64,000 nt of DNA from a virus. Lineage: Duplodnaviria > Caudoviricetes. The stretch is from the IMG/VR virus record IMGVR_UViG_2934156241_000001, positions 31,559-95,558 of that record; one strand, written 5' to 3'. Within the stretch, counting starts at the first letter, position 1. Each line of letters starts with the position of its first letter. A program made the position numbers and the translations under genes. The notes below the pieces were generated by a model that was not told the DNA's origin, did not search any database, and was given only the letters and a program-made list of their open reading frames with translations. Positions 37,747-48,484 of the stretch are shown here, in pieces.

Positions 37747-38624
37747 GCTGTGCCTGCTGCCCGCCCATCATCTTCAGTTCCGGTGGCACCACCCCGGGCG
37801 AGACGACCTGCGTGTCCGAGGACCCTGGGAACGCTCTGGCCACCGACGAGCAAGGCTGTCTCCTCGTCCCCACCGACCCGACCGGCCCGGTGCGCCCTGG
37901 GCCTGGTGGGCTCACGGTGTGCCTGTCTCAGGCGGCCGGCCAGACGGCCGTCCTCGACGACGACGGTTGTCTCCTCGTCCCCGAGCCCACACCGCTGACT
38001 GCCGACCCGGCGGCATGTAACTCGGCGCAGATCACGGATGACGGGCTGCTGGTCCCGAGGACGGACCTGGTGGGTGTCGTGGGTACCGCTCCCGCGGCGA
38101 CCGGCACTAACCGGTCGGTGGACATCGACGTGGTCGAGACCGCGGGCTGCCCGACCGTGTGGACCGTCGGCGCCCGCCTCACCCCAGCGTCCGGGTTCAA
38201 GAACGTTGAGCGCGGGTACGCCGACCTGCTGGCAGTCGCGGGCACGAAGGTCCCGATTCCCGAGTCCGACATCGTGCTCCCCGAGCCTGGGGTCTACCAC
38301 ATCGACTCCGACGTGCGTTTCGAGCTGGCCTGCGACCTGGACGCCGGAGCTGACGGGTACATCGTCGCGAACCTCAACGACGAGACGGCCGGCACCCTCC
38401 TGACGTCTTTCACGGAGATCGTGGCGATGCAGGCTCGCGGGCGGCGAGACCACAAGGGCGGCACCACACACCTCATGACCGAGTACGTGGTCACGACCGC
38501 CCCGCGCACGATCCGCCTGTACCTGGCGCTGTACCAGAGGAACGGCGCGATGACCCGGGCCGCTGCCGGGGGCACCGACAGCAACGGAGCTACCCGGATG
38601 CGCTGGCTCAAGATCCGCGACTAG
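37743..38624 (+). CDS. Cys-rich fibre-like protein with C-terminal beta-sandwich
   Basis: GN.L..D..GCLLVP repeats; LPEPGVYHIDS; GTGA coupling. Confidence 0.75.
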   Translation: MSCACCPPIIFSSGGTTPGETTCVSEDPGNALATDEQGCLLVPTDPTGPVRPGPGGLTVCLSQAAGQTAVLDDDGCLLVPEPTPLTADPAACNSAQITDDGLLVPRTDLVGVVGTAPAATGTNRSVDIDVVETAGCPTVWTVGARLTPASGFKNVERGYADLLAVAGTKVPIPESDIVLPEPGVYHIDSDVRFELACDLDAGADGYIVANLNDETAGTLLTSFTEIVAMQARGRRDHKGGTTHLMTEYVVTTAPRTIRLYLALYQRNGAMTRAAAGGTDSNGATRMRWLKIRD

Positions 38625-38676
38625 CCGCGCGCCGCATCTCTGCTCTCACCCTCAACGACGTGCCAACGATGGGAAC

Positions 38677-41600
38677 TTGATCATGCCGGTCGGCGGGAAC
38701 TTCTCTAGCTGCCAGTGCGGGCCCGACACCCAGGCGTGCGAGTCGCCAACGCAGCCTGTCGCCACGGTCGGTGTCTGTCTGGCTGACGGCACACCGATCG
38801 CCGTCACGGTCGTGCGCGACTGTGCGGGCACGGTCACGTCGGAGGGGTGGATCAACCTCACCACCGGCGCATGGTCGGCCGGTGCGCCCCCGGCCGGGAC
38901 GATCGCGTGCGGCGACTCCCGCAGCATCCAGGTCTCCGGCACCTTCTGCGACGTCGACCCCGACAGCGGGGACATCCTCGGCCTGGTCCTCATCGAGTAC
39001 TCCTACGCGGCCGACGGCTCGATCGCTGCGGTGCGCCTGGTCGACGCCGTCACCGGGGACACCTATGTCCCCGAGGGCGAGGTGACGACGTGCCCGGCCG
39101 GGGTGGAGCAGCCCGAGCGAGACATGGTCCAGCTTTGCGACCGCACGGACGATGAGCTCGGCACCGTCCAGGTCCAGGCATTCCTGCGGGACTACGCCCG
39201 TGATGAGAACGGCGCGATCGTCGGCCACAGCGACTACACGCTCGACGGTGAGCCGTACACCCCGACCGGCACCGTCGGTGTGTGCTCGCCGTTTGAGCCG
39301 TGCGCGTCTACGGTGACCGTGCTGCGCCTGTGCGACCTCAACCCCGACGTCGAGCCCGACGAGACCGGCCGCCGCTGCGCCGTCCCGTTCCTGCGGCACC
39401 TGGTCCACGACTGCACCGGCGCCCTCGTCGAGACTCGCGACACCGCCATGGACGGCACCACGCTCTACACGCCTGTGGAGGTCGTGGACTGTGGCAGCGG
39501 CGGTGTACCCGCCATGGTCGAGGTGCCGTGGGAGGTCGTTGACATCCAGCCCGACCCGGACTCTGACGAGGGCCTGGGGCTGCTTTTCTCCCTGTCGCCG
39601 ATCGACGACCCGGACATCGTCGGCAGGGTTCGCGTCACCACGAGCAGCGTCTACAACCCGGCTTCCTGCCCCGGGACGCCACCGCAGTACACCTACCGCA
39701 ACCCGACGACGTACCGGTACGAGCCGGACGAGGTGCTGCGCGAGCACGCGACGTACGTGCGGGTCGATGTCGTGGATTTCGATACGTTCGAGCCGATCAC
39801 CGGCCTCACCCCGCGCCCGGACCGGCTCGGCGGTACGGCGTACTGGGACGGCACGACTGTCCGGCCCACGGTCAGCGACGGCAGCGGCGAGCTCTATTAC
39901 GACGGCCCGCCGGAGGCGTGGCAGTTCCGGATCGGTAACACGGGCGGCGGGAACTCCTGCTCGGCGCTCAGCTTTGCCGCGGTGTCGCTGCGTCCCGAGG
40001 GGCGCTGTGCCGACTGCGACGGGACTTCCTCGTCCCCTGTGGCACTGCTTGACACCGAGCTGCTGCCCGTGTGCTTCTTCGACGAGAACGGCGATCTGCT
40101 CCAGCCCGTCCTCGCCGAGTACGCCTACGACACGGAGCGCAGCGAGCGGGTCGCGACGAGGTACGTGGACCTGACGACCGGTGAGCCGGTCGAGGTGCCG
40201 GACGGGGCGACGGTCGGTATCTGCCCGTCGGCTGACCGGTGTACGGACTCCTTCACGCAGATGCTGTGTGATGAGACGGTCGAGGTCAACTGGAGCCAGA
40301 CGTCCGTGGTCCCGGACCCGACGCAGCCCGCCGGCCGAGGGTTCATTTTCACTCTGTCCCCGACGGACGACCCGGACACCGTGGGCACCATTCGTGTCCT
40401 CATCGACCGGGCGAACGGCAGCTGCGGGGCGAACTACTGGCCGAACAACGCGACGTTCTCGTACGAGCTGGACGACGTCGCCCAAACCATGGAGACCCTG
40501 CGGGTCAACCTGGAGGACTTCGACGTCTCGGAGTCCATCACGATGCTCACCGGCGGGGCGCCAGAGCGGCTCGGCGGGAACGCGTACTCGGCGGCGGGCG
40601 GAGTGATCCGCAGCAATGTGAACAACGCCTACGGATACATGTTCTTCGATGCCCCGCCAGCGACGCTGTCCTACCGGTTCAACGGCAGCTGCATTGGCCT
40701 GAACTTCAACGCCGTGTCGAGGCGGACCGTCCAGTTCCTGCGGAAGATCACCACCGACTGTGAGACCGGCGAGGTCGTCGCGGTCACGGACGCCACCCTG
40801 GACGGGCAGCCGTACACGGTCGCCGGTGACATCGGGGAGTGCTCGGTAGGGACCGGGCAGTGCTGCCCCGACTCCGAGGTGCTGGCGCTCTGCGACACGG
40901 ACGCTGACGGCACCGTGACCGGCTTCCTGCGGCACCTCACCTACCCGCAGGGATCCGGCGTCCCGTCCGTCACGGACACGCTCCTGGATGGTGCTACCGA
41001 GTACGCGCCGACCGGGGACGTCGGCGCTTGCGCGCAGCCTGTCTCTCCGTGCCGGGACACGTCGAACACGCTGCTGTGTGACACCACGGGCACTGAGGCG
41101 GTCACGCTCCTGGACACCGCAGGGGTGCAGGGCGATGACGGGTGGACCATCACCGCCTACACCGACGCGGGATGCACCGCCGAGAACCAGCCCGACGGCA
41201 CGGTGCCGTTCCCCGCGGCCTGGGGCACCGGCCATGCCCCGGACGGTGGCCTCGGTACTCGGGCGGACCAGTACCTCGGCACCGTAGCGTGTACCCCTGT
41301 GCCGTGGAGCTGGGAGACGGCCCCCGTCCGGTGGGTGATGTCCAAGACGTTCCTGGTCGCCGAGGACAGCATGGCCGTCCTCCAGACGGCACAGTTCAAG
41401 GGCGACGGAGGGGCCCGTATCCGGGTCAACGGCCTCGACGCCGGGTTGTACGGGCAGTGGAACGTTCCCTCGTCGGGCGCCTCCTCACAGATCCCCGTCA
41501 TGGCCGGGGTGAACAGCATCGAGGTCGAGGCCCGGGACTACGGCGGCCCGAATTTCGTATCCGGCCGCATCGACCTCGTGACCACAGTCACGAACCAGTT

Positions 41601-44600
41601 CATGCGGCGCACGGTCCTGGACTGTGTGACCGGCGAGACGGTCAGCATCACCGACACCACCCTGGACGGGCAGCCGTACGAGGTGACCGGGCAGGTCGGC
41701 CAGTGCACGGACTCCGGGGGCGGAGCGTGCTGCGAGGCGCAGCCGCCGGTTCCGCGCGTCGACGTCGAAACGGACCTGCTGTGCCTCCTTGACGCCGGCG
41801 GGGGCGTCCTCGGTCAGGTGGTCGTCGAGCGGATCTACGACGACCAGACCGGGATCCGGATCGAGCAGCGTCTCACCGACCCGACGACCGGGGAGGAGGT
41901 CGAGCTGCCCGACGGGGCCACGCTCGGCGCCTGTCCGGCACCCGGCATGGTGGTGTGCGGCCTCGACCCGGATGACCCGGACGCCGGGATCGCCGGAACC
42001 ATCACGACCGGTATGGATGTCGACCCGAAGGCCATCTTCGTGGTGCAGCCGGACCCGATCGCGCAGCAGGTGAGCTTCGGGCTGGCGGCGTCGCTCGGCG
42101 GTGCCTCGACCGTCATCCCGTCGTGGACGCAGACGACGAACTGCGGCTCGTCCGGGCAGGCCAATGCCTGGCAGGCCGTGCGCCTGCCTGCGGTCCCGCG
42201 CCCCGCGTGCGACGACGGCACCGTCACCGTCACCGTCGCGTTCAGCCTGCGTAACGACGGGCCCGCCAGCACCATCGGTGGGTGGGTGGCCGCGCGCCTC
42301 GTGGGCGTGTCCGGTGGGGTCGAGACCGTCTACACGCTGGAACAGGGCGGCAACGCCCCAGCGGTCGGGGTGACGAAGCCGATCCTGCTGTCGGCGTCGC
42401 TCCCTGCCGCTGTCCTGGCTGCTGGCGAGCTGTACTGGGATATCCGGATCGAGACGCGGCAGAACGGTTGCAAGGCCTGGACTGTGTCCGACACGGTCGC
42501 CGACTACACGTTCGGGATCGAGGGGTGCGAGAACCCGCCCCAGTACGCGCAGCTCGTCAAGTTCTGCGAGCCGCTCACCGTGACGCCGCTGCCCAGTGCA
42601 CCGGAGCAGGACCTGGTGGTCCTGTGCGACACGGACCCGGACGGGGTGGTCGTTCAGTTCGTCCGCGATTATCTGAGGAACACCTCCGGCGGGGTGAGCG
42701 GATACTACGACTACGCCCTGGACGGGGCCGAGTACACGACCGTCGGTGTGGTCGGCGTGTGTGGCGACTCCAGCGAGCCCTGCCGTGACTCGTCCTCGAC
42801 AGTGCTCTGCGACACAACAGGCCAGGAGGCCCTGACCGTCTTCGACCCGACGAACCGGCCGGGATCGGATGGGTGGCAGGTCGTCAGCTACACGGGCGTC
42901 GACCCGGCGTACCCGGCTGAGGCCGCGCTGCCGTACGACGCCCCGCACCCTGCGGGGAGTCCGCTCATGGGTGCCCGGTCCGATCTCAGTGCCGGGGTCG
43001 GACCGGCCTGGACGGGATACGAAACGTCCCCGCACCGTTGGGTCCTGCGCAAGATTTTCGAGGCGCCGGAGGACGGCATTGCGGTTGTCTCCTCGGCAGG
43101 TTTCCGGGGCGACGGTGGCGCCCGGGTCCGGGTCAATGGGATCGACGCGGGGATGTACGGGCAGTGGAACCAGCCAGCGACGTCCGGCACCGCGCAGATC
43201 CCCGTGACGGCCGGACCGAACGTTGTGGAGATCGAGGTCCACGACGGGGCGGGTCCGAACTTCGTGCAGGGCCGCTTGGACATCGTGATGACGGCGACCG
43301 CCCAGTTCATGCGGCGAACCGTCGTCGACTGCGTGACCGGCGAGACCGTGGCCGTGGTGGACACCACGCTGGAGGGCGAGCCGTACGAGGTCACCGGCCT
43401 CGTCGGCCAGTGCGAGCCCGTCGCCGAGTGCTGCGAGCAGGCGCCCCCGGAGGAGCGGGTCGACGTCGAGACCGAGCTGCTGTGCATCCGCGACGAGGAC
43501 AGCGGCGACGTCCTCGGCCAGGTCGTCGTCGAGCGCGTCTACGACGACCAGTCCGGTGACCGCCTGGAGCAGCGGCTCACCGACCCCACCACCGGTGACC
43601 CGGTGGAGCTCCCGGCCGGAGCGGTCCTGGCCCGGTGCCCGTCCCCGGACCGCATCACCCGCCAGATCTGCGTGGTGGAGTCCGGGGCGACGGAGTTCCT
43701 GACCAACGCGGCGAACGCCACCAGCGGGCAGGACACCGACTGGCAGTGGTCGCCGGTCCTGGATGGCTCCTGGTACCCGATGTACCGGGTGGCCGCCAAC
43801 CCCGCGTGGACGGTCCAGGACACCGCCCCGAGCCAGGCGCATTGGGTGTCCCCGCATGCGAGCAAGAGCGTGTGCTCGCCGAACGTGGCGACCGCCCCGA
43901 ACGTGACGGGTACCTGGTACACCCGCGCGTCCTGGAACCTGCCGGCGAACGTCTCCCCGGACAGCATCCGGATCGCGGCCTCAGTCCTCAACGCGGACAA
44001 CGACGTCGTGCAGTGGAGGCTGAACGACGGCGCGTGGCAGCCCGTCGCGGGAGGCGGACTCACCCCACCGGCCTGGACGATCACGCCGAGCGCCGTACCC
44101 GGCGGCCGGGCTGGTCAGAACGAGATCGTCGTCCAGATCACCGAGACGCAGCCCGCTGTGACCTGCCCGTCGCCGAACCAGGCCGGAATGATCCTGCACG
44201 TCGCGGCCACGTATGACTACGAGCCGCGTGTCTGGACGCAGGTGATCGAGGACGGCCGGGTCTACTACCTCGACGAGACCGGCACCCGACGGGACACCAT
44301 CCCGGACGGCCAGCGCGTCGTGTCCTGCGGGGGCAGCGGCGGCGAGTGCTGCCCCACGGAGGAGTGCCGCAACACCACCACAGTCCTGCTGTGCGATTTG
44401 GCGGATAGTCCGGCGCTGGAGCCGGCCGCAGTCACTGTGCGGGCAGCCGCTCCTCCAGCCGCGGCCATGACGGCGCAGTACCCCAATCACCGGTGGCAAG
44501 ACGCCGACCCGATGGCCGTCCAGACCGTTGTTGACGGCGAGGCAGGGGCCTGGGGGAACACGGACGGGCTCGATAACTCGTCCCGGCCGGACTGGTTCGT

Positions 44601-46695
44601 GTGGGGCGGATTTGGCTTCGCTCTGGCCGAGGCACCGCAGTGCGGCACCTGGGACGACGCGGGTGACGTAGTGATGACCATGCGCGTCAAGGTCATCAAC
44701 GATGGGCCGCGCCAGGGCATTGACGCGGACGGCGTTTTCGTATTGTTCAACGGCACGACGTGGATCGGTGCCAAGAGCGTTCAGAACTCCCTCCCCGTAG
44801 GCGCATCGAGCACGCTGACGCTCGACCCGTTCACCGTGGCGGTAGCCGACCTGCCGAACGTGGTGGCGGTGCTCGCCCTGGAGCTCAAGCAGGGCACGAA
44901 CGAGAAGACGTGGACCGTCCGGGAGTTCACCTACTCCCTGACCCCGGTTCCTGGCAGCGGCACAGCGGTGCCCGAGTGCGAAACACAGTTCCTGCGGACC
45001 CTGGTGACGGACTGCGTCACTGGCGAGGTCGTCAGCACGTCGGACACCACCCTGGACGGGGAGCCGTACGAAGTCCAGGGCGACGTCGCCCAGTGCACCA
45101 CGGCCGGAGGCTCAACGCCGCCGGCCGACGAGCCGCGGACCGACACCGAGGTGCTCCACCTGTGCGACGTCCAAGAGGACGGCACGGTGGCCGGCGAGTT
45201 CCTGCGCCGGCTGACGTTCGACGGGGTCGGGCAGCCGCTCCAGACCGCGGACACACTGCTGGACGGGGCGACGCCGTACCTGGTGACCGGGACCGCAGCA
45301 CAGTGCCCCGCCGCAGCGGTGGGGTCGGACGTTGAGCTGCTGCCGATGTGCGTCATCGACAACGCCACCGGCGGCACCATTCAGCGGATTCTTGCCGAGG
45401 TCCGGTACGACGAGGAGACCGGGGAGCGGGCCGGCGTCAGCTATGTCGACCCGCAGACGTGGGGGCCGGTGGCGCTGCCCGGCGGCACGCACATCGGTCT
45501 GTGCCCGGAGGCGCAGGGGCCGGAGCCGACACCGGACTGCCGCACGGCGAGCACGGTCGAGCTGTGCGATCTCGCGGTCACGGAGTCCGTCACGGTGTTG
45601 GACCCGACGAGCGTCCTGGGGCCGGACGGCTGGCAGGTTGCGAGCTTCACCGGGGCGCAGCCTGGCTACGGCCCGGAGCAGCCGGTCCCGTACGACGCCT
45701 ACCACCGCATCAACGGGGCCGGTGTCGGACAGCTCAGCAGCCGGAGCGACTTCACGATGGGCCCCACCAACGGGCCGTGGCCCGGGTACGACAACGCGCC
45801 GATGGTGTGGGTGCTGTCCAAGACGTTCACCCTGACCGTTGGCGGCACGGCCAAGGTGGTGGTCGACGGCTTCAAGGGCGACCACGGCGCCCGGGTCAGG
45901 GTCAACGGGGACGATCTCGGGCTGTACGCCCAGTGCAACACCCCTGTCGATAGCGGCGTGTTCGAGGTTCCGGTGTCTGCCGGGGCGAACACGATCGTGA
46001 TCGAGGACCACGACGTCAGCAACGTCAGCTATGTGCAGGGGCGCATCACCGTCACGGTGTCCGGGCAGACCCGCTTCCTGAGGCACTACGTCCTGGACTG
46101 CGCGAACGGCGAGGTGTTGTCGTTCACGGACACCACCGTGGACGGTGCTCCGTACACCGTGGCGGGCGAGATCGGCCAGTGCACGGTTCCGGTCGACGAC
46201 CAGGACGGAGGGGCGTCCGGTACGCCGTGCATGGCGCAGCACGTGATCGAGCAGTGCCGCTACGACGACACCGACGGGGACGGCGTCGGCGACGTCACCT
46301 ATCGCGAGCTGATCGGCGTGAGCTGCGACGGCGCCGTGACGAGCCTCGGTACGTACACGGAGGATCTGGCCGAGCCGTACACCCCGGTCGCTCCGGTAGC
46401 CGACGGCCCGGTGGAGGGTGCGCCACCCGCCCACGGCGTGCAGGCCCACCGCATCATGCTCGCCGCGGGGTCGAGCTGGGACGCCGGCACGGTGCCGCTG
46501 CTCCAGGCCGTCACGGTTGTCGCCCATGGCACCGGGCAGGTCACCACCGCGGACGGCACGACCGGCCTGGCTGCCGGCGAGTCCATCGGCTGGTCCGTCG
46601 CGCGGGACAGCGACGCCGCCCTGACCGGCCCGCTGGTCGTGACCGCCGCCGACGGCCCGGTGGCCGTGGCCTGGACCCAGAGCGTCGCGCTGTGA
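38677..46695 (+). CDS. Giant (2672 aa) Cys-rich acidic modular protein, probable head/neck appendage
   Basis: 8-kb ORF with high GC3; many LCD..FLR..DC.TG..DTTLDG.PY repeats with inserted ~160-aa domains. Confidence 0.9.
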   Translation: MIMPVGGNFSSCQCGPDTQACESPTQPVATVGVCLADGTPIAVTVVRDCAGTVTSEGWINLTTGAWSAGAPPAGTIACGDSRSIQVSGTFCDVDPDSGDILGLVLIEYSYAADGSIAAVRLVDAVTGDTYVPEGEVTTCPAGVEQPERDMVQLCDRTDDELGTVQVQAFLRDYARDENGAIVGHSDYTLDGEPYTPTGTVGVCSPFEPCASTVTVLRLCDLNPDVEPDETGRRCAVPFLRHLVHDCTGALVETRDTAMDGTTLYTPVEVVDCGSGGVPAMVEVPWEVVDIQPDPDSDEGLGLLFSLSPIDDPDIVGRVRVTTSSVYNPASCPGTPPQYTYRNPTTYRYEPDEVLREHATYVRVDVVDFDTFEPITGLTPRPDRLGGTAYWDGTTVRPTVSDGSGELYYDGPPEAWQFRIGNTGGGNSCSALSFAAVSLRPEGRCADCDGTSSSPVALLDTELLPVCFFDENGDLLQPVLAEYAYDTERSERVATRYVDLTTGEPVEVPDGATVGICPSADRCTDSFTQMLCDETVEVNWSQTSVVPDPTQPAGRGFIFTLSPTDDPDTVGTIRVLIDRANGSCGANYWPNNATFSYELDDVAQTMETLRVNLEDFDVSESITMLTGGAPERLGGNAYSAAGGVIRSNVNNAYGYMFFDAPPATLSYRFNGSCIGLNFNAVSRRTVQFLRKITTDCETGEVVAVTDATLDGQPYTVAGDIGECSVGTGQCCPDSEVLALCDTDADGTVTGFLRHLTYPQGSGVPSVTDTLLDGATEYAPTGDVGACAQPVSPCRDTSNTLLCDTTGTEAVTLLDTAGVQGDDGWTITAYTDAGCTAENQPDGTVPFPAAWGTGHAPDGGLGTRADQYLGTVACTPVPWSWETAPVRWVMSKTFLVAEDSMAVLQTAQFKGDGGARIRVNGLDAGLYGQWNVPSSGASSQIPVMAGVNSIEVEARDYGGPNFVSGRIDLVTTVTNQFMRRTVLDCVTGETVSITDTTLDGQPYEVTGQVGQCTDSGGGACCEAQPPVPRVDVETDLLCLLDAGGGVLGQVVVERIYDDQTGIRIEQRLTDPTTGEEVELPDGATLGACPAPGMVVCGLDPDDPDAGIAGTITTGMDVDPKAIFVVQPDPIAQQVSFGLAASLGGASTVIPSWTQTTNCGSSGQANAWQAVRLPAVPRPACDDGTVTVTVAFSLRNDGPASTIGGWVAARLVGVSGGVETVYTLEQGGNAPAVGVTKPILLSASLPAAVLAAGELYWDIRIETRQNGCKAWTVSDTVADYTFGIEGCENPPQYAQLVKFCEPLTVTPLPSAPEQDLVVLCDTDPDGVVVQFVRDYLRNTSGGVSGYYDYALDGAEYTTVGVVGVCGDSSEPCRDSSSTVLCDTTGQEALTVFDPTNRPGSDGWQVVSYTGVDPAYPAEAALPYDAPHPAGSPLMGARSDLSAGVGPAWTGYETSPHRWVLRKIFEAPEDGIAVVSSAGFRGDGGARVRVNGIDAGMYGQWNQPATSGTAQIPVTAGPNVVEIEVHDGAGPNFVQGRLDIVMTATAQFMRRTVVDCVTGETVAVVDTTLEGEPYEVTGLVGQCEPVAECCEQAPPEERVDVETELLCIRDEDSGDVLGQVVVERVYDDQSGDRLEQRLTDPTTGDPVELPAGAVLARCPSPDRITRQICVVESGATEFLTNAANATSGQDTDWQWSPVLDGSWYPMYRVAANPAWTVQDTAPSQAHWVSPHASKSVCSPNVATAPNVTGTWYTRASWNLPANVSPDSIRIAASVLNADNDVVQWRLNDGAWQPVAGGGLTPPAWTITPSAVPGGRAGQNEIVVQITETQPAVTCPSPNQAGMILHVAATYDYEPRVWTQVIEDGRVYYLDETGTRRDTIPDGQRVVSCGGSGGECCPTEECRNTTTVLLCDLADSPALEPAAVTVRAAAPPAAAMTAQYPNHRWQDADPMAVQTVVDGEAGAWGNTDGLDNSSRPDWFVWGGFGFALAEAPQCGTWDDAGDVVMTMRVKVINDGPRQGIDADGVFVLFNGTTWIGAKSVQNSLPVGASSTLTLDPFTVAVADLPNVVAVLALELKQGTNEKTWTVREFTYSLTPVPGSGTAVPECETQFLRTLVTDCVTGEVVSTSDTTLDGEPYEVQGDVAQCTTAGGSTPPADEPRTDTEVLHLCDVQEDGTVAGEFLRRLTFDGVGQPLQTADTLLDGATPYLVTGTAAQCPAAAVGSDVELLPMCVIDNATGGTIQRILAEVRYDEETGERAGVSYVDPQTWGPVALPGGTHIGLCPEAQGPEPTPDCRTASTVELCDLAVTESVTVLDPTSVLGPDGWQVASFTGAQPGYGPEQPVPYDAYHRINGAGVGQLSSRSDFTMGPTNGPWPGYDNAPMVWVLSKTFTLTVGGTAKVVVDGFKGDHGARVRVNGDDLGLYAQCNTPVDSGVFEVPVSAGANTIVIEDHDVSNVSYVQGRITVTVSGQTRFLRHYVLDCANGEVLSFTDTTVDGAPYTVAGEIGQCTVPVDDQDGGASGTPCMAQHVIEQCRYDDTDGDGVGDVTYRELIGVSCDGAVTSLGTYTEDLAEPYTPVAPVADGPVEGAPPAHGVQAHRIMLAAGSSWDAGTVPLLQAVTVVAHGTGQVTTADGTTGLAAGESIGWSVARDSDAALTGPLVVTAADGPVAVAWTQSVAL

Positions 46696-47060
46696 GCGGC
46701 ACCAGCGGAGTCATCGCCATCCCCGGCCCGTCCGGCTCTCCCGGCCTGCCAGGCGCGCCGGGAGAGCCAGGCCCGCCCGGCGGGCCGGGCATCCGGGTGG
46801 CCCGCACGAGCGTCGTCACTGACGGCGGCGGCCAGGCGGTCATCACCTGGTCCCCGCCCTTCGCCGCGCCCCCGGTGGTCACCCTCGCGGTGCAGGCCGG
46901 TGGCGGACTCCGGTCCGCCCGCATCACCTCCAACACGGCGGCCGCCACGACAGTCCAGGCCGACGGTGCTGCCGTCGTCGAGCTGCTCGGGATCTCCCTG
47001 CTGGCCGCCGCCCTACCGGCGGCCGGCGTCACCGTCCACGTCCATGCCACCGAGCCGTAA
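46692..47060 (+). CDS. Short collagen-like fibre protein
   Basis: GPSGSPGLPGAPGEPGPPGGPG then ITWSPPFAAPPVV; paralog of 59586-60065. Confidence 0.8.
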   Translation: MSGTSGVIAIPGPSGSPGLPGAPGEPGPPGGPGIRVARTSVVTDGGGQAVITWSPPFAAPPVVTLAVQAGGGLRSARITSNTAAATTVQADGAAVVELLGISLLAAALPAAGVTVHVHATEP

Positions 47061-47073
47061 GAGAGGCTGCACC

Positions 47074-48132
47074 ATGGGGAAGTGCTGCGAAGCGCGCCGT
47101 TGCACCTGCACGATCGTCGCCGGACCCGGCATCACCATCGACGGGTCCGGCTCAACCACCGACCCGACCGTCATCAGCAGCGAGGCCGGACAACCGACCG
47201 AGCTCGGCGTGACCGACTCGGCCACCGTCGACCTCACCCTCACCGGCGGCGGAGGCACGCCCTACAACCTGACCGCCGCCGTGATCCTGGACCCGGCACC
47301 GCCCGGCGGAGGGGACCAGCTCCTCCAGTCCGGGCCGGATGGGCTGTACCTGGAGTGCGAGCAGGTACGCGGGTGCATCTCGGCCGGCGACGGCGCCGCG
47401 TACGACCCGGCTACCGGGGTGGTCGAGGCGCGCCCGTCGACCGACGCGGGCAACGCGCTCTCTATCGGGACGGACGGCGGTCTCCTCGTCCCACCCGGGG
47501 GCGCTGCCGAGCCGCTGGGGGTCGGCTGTGGGCTCCAGGGCGAGGGCACCGCAGACGCGCCACTGGCGGCGTTCCCGATCGCGGGAGAGCAACCCTGGGC
47601 AGATGACTGGGACTGCGACGCGGCGGCGAACTCGACGCTGAAGTGCGACCCCGGCACAGGTGCGCTGTGGACGCCGCCCGAGCACACCTCTGCGTCGGTC
47701 ACGATCCAGCAGAACCACCCTCTGGGCACGCCGACACTGGGGCCCACCGGCGGGTTCGTCATCGTGGATAACTCCGCCTGGGCAGAGGGGCGCTATGCCG
47801 CCGATTCCCTGTCCACCTGCCGTGGGTTGTCTTTCAGTACCCAGTTCACCGGGCACCTCGAAGCGACGTGGACGGCCGGCAGCGTATTCGACATCGCTTA
47901 CGTAGTGCAGATCAATGGCGGGGCCCTGGCCGCGCGGCTCATGCACAGCAGACTCCAGGCCGGGGGCGTGGCGGGTCATGAGCGGTGGACTTTCGCGACG
48001 GCTCAGGCGGTCGTGCTGCCCCCGCACACCGGCTACTCGGTGCGCGTGTACCCAGCTATCAACGTGGTTTCCGGGAGCGTGACGCTGGCCCAGTGGATCA
48101 CCGACACCCACCTCTTCGCCATCACTACCTGA
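47074..48132 (+). CDS. Cys-rich fibre-like structural protein
   Basis: MGKCC; AGPGITIDGSGS..DP.VIS; GNAL.IG.DGGLLVP motif shared with 37743-38624. Confidence 0.8.
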   Translation: MGKCCEARRCTCTIVAGPGITIDGSGSTTDPTVISSEAGQPTELGVTDSATVDLTLTGGGGTPYNLTAAVILDPAPPGGGDQLLQSGPDGLYLECEQVRGCISAGDGAAYDPATGVVEARPSTDAGNALSIGTDGGLLVPPGGAAEPLGVGCGLQGEGTADAPLAAFPIAGEQPWADDWDCDAAANSTLKCDPGTGALWTPPEHTSASVTIQQNHPLGTPTLGPTGGFVIVDNSAWAEGRYAADSLSTCRGLSFSTQFTGHLEATWTAGSVFDIAYVVQINGGALAARLMHSRLQAGGVAGHERWTFATAQAVVLPPHTGYSVRVYPAINVVSGSVTLAQWITDTHLFAITT

Positions 48133-48142
48133 GGAGCCTGAT

Positions 48143-48292
48143 ATGCGCTACTTCCTGAACGAAAACGGTGGCTGGCTGTCCGCCAGCGGCGACGTCGCGG
48201 CGTTCGGCGGCGTGCCGGACGGGTACCGAGAGGTCACCGAGGAGGAGTTCAACACGGCGGCCGGGACGATCACTGTGACCCTGCCGAAGTAG
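48143..48292 (+). CDS. 49-aa protein, possible fibre chaperone
   Basis: GAGGAG RBS; PDGYREVTEEEF. Confidence 0.65.
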   Translation: MRYFLNENGGWLSASGDVAAFGGVPDGYREVTEEEFNTAAGTITVTLPK

Positions 48293-48423
48293 GAATCCCG
48301 GCGGGGAGCGGCCCACCACCTGGATAGCGCGGCGTCGTCAGCACCTCCCGTCGGCGCCGCGTCTTGGCCGTGGGTACCTGCTGGCGCCCGTATCGAGCCC
48401 GGGAAACGCTGGGACTCCGCGGC

Positions 48424-48459
48424 TATGCTGTGGATGTAGCCGCTGGTTCTGGGCCGGGC
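48424..48459 (+). promoter_or_regulatory. Late-gene motif copy 2 (before major tail protein)
   Basis: TATGCT 48424; gctggttctgggccgggc 48442-48459. Confidence 0.75.
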
Positions 48460-48484
48460 CGACCAACCGTCGTTGGAGGTCTCA

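Noticed and set aside
38677-46695. Diversity-generating retroelement or invertible shufflon acting on the giant gene
   Set aside because: No reverse transcriptase or recombinase seen; repeats differ at all bases, are direct and are in frame
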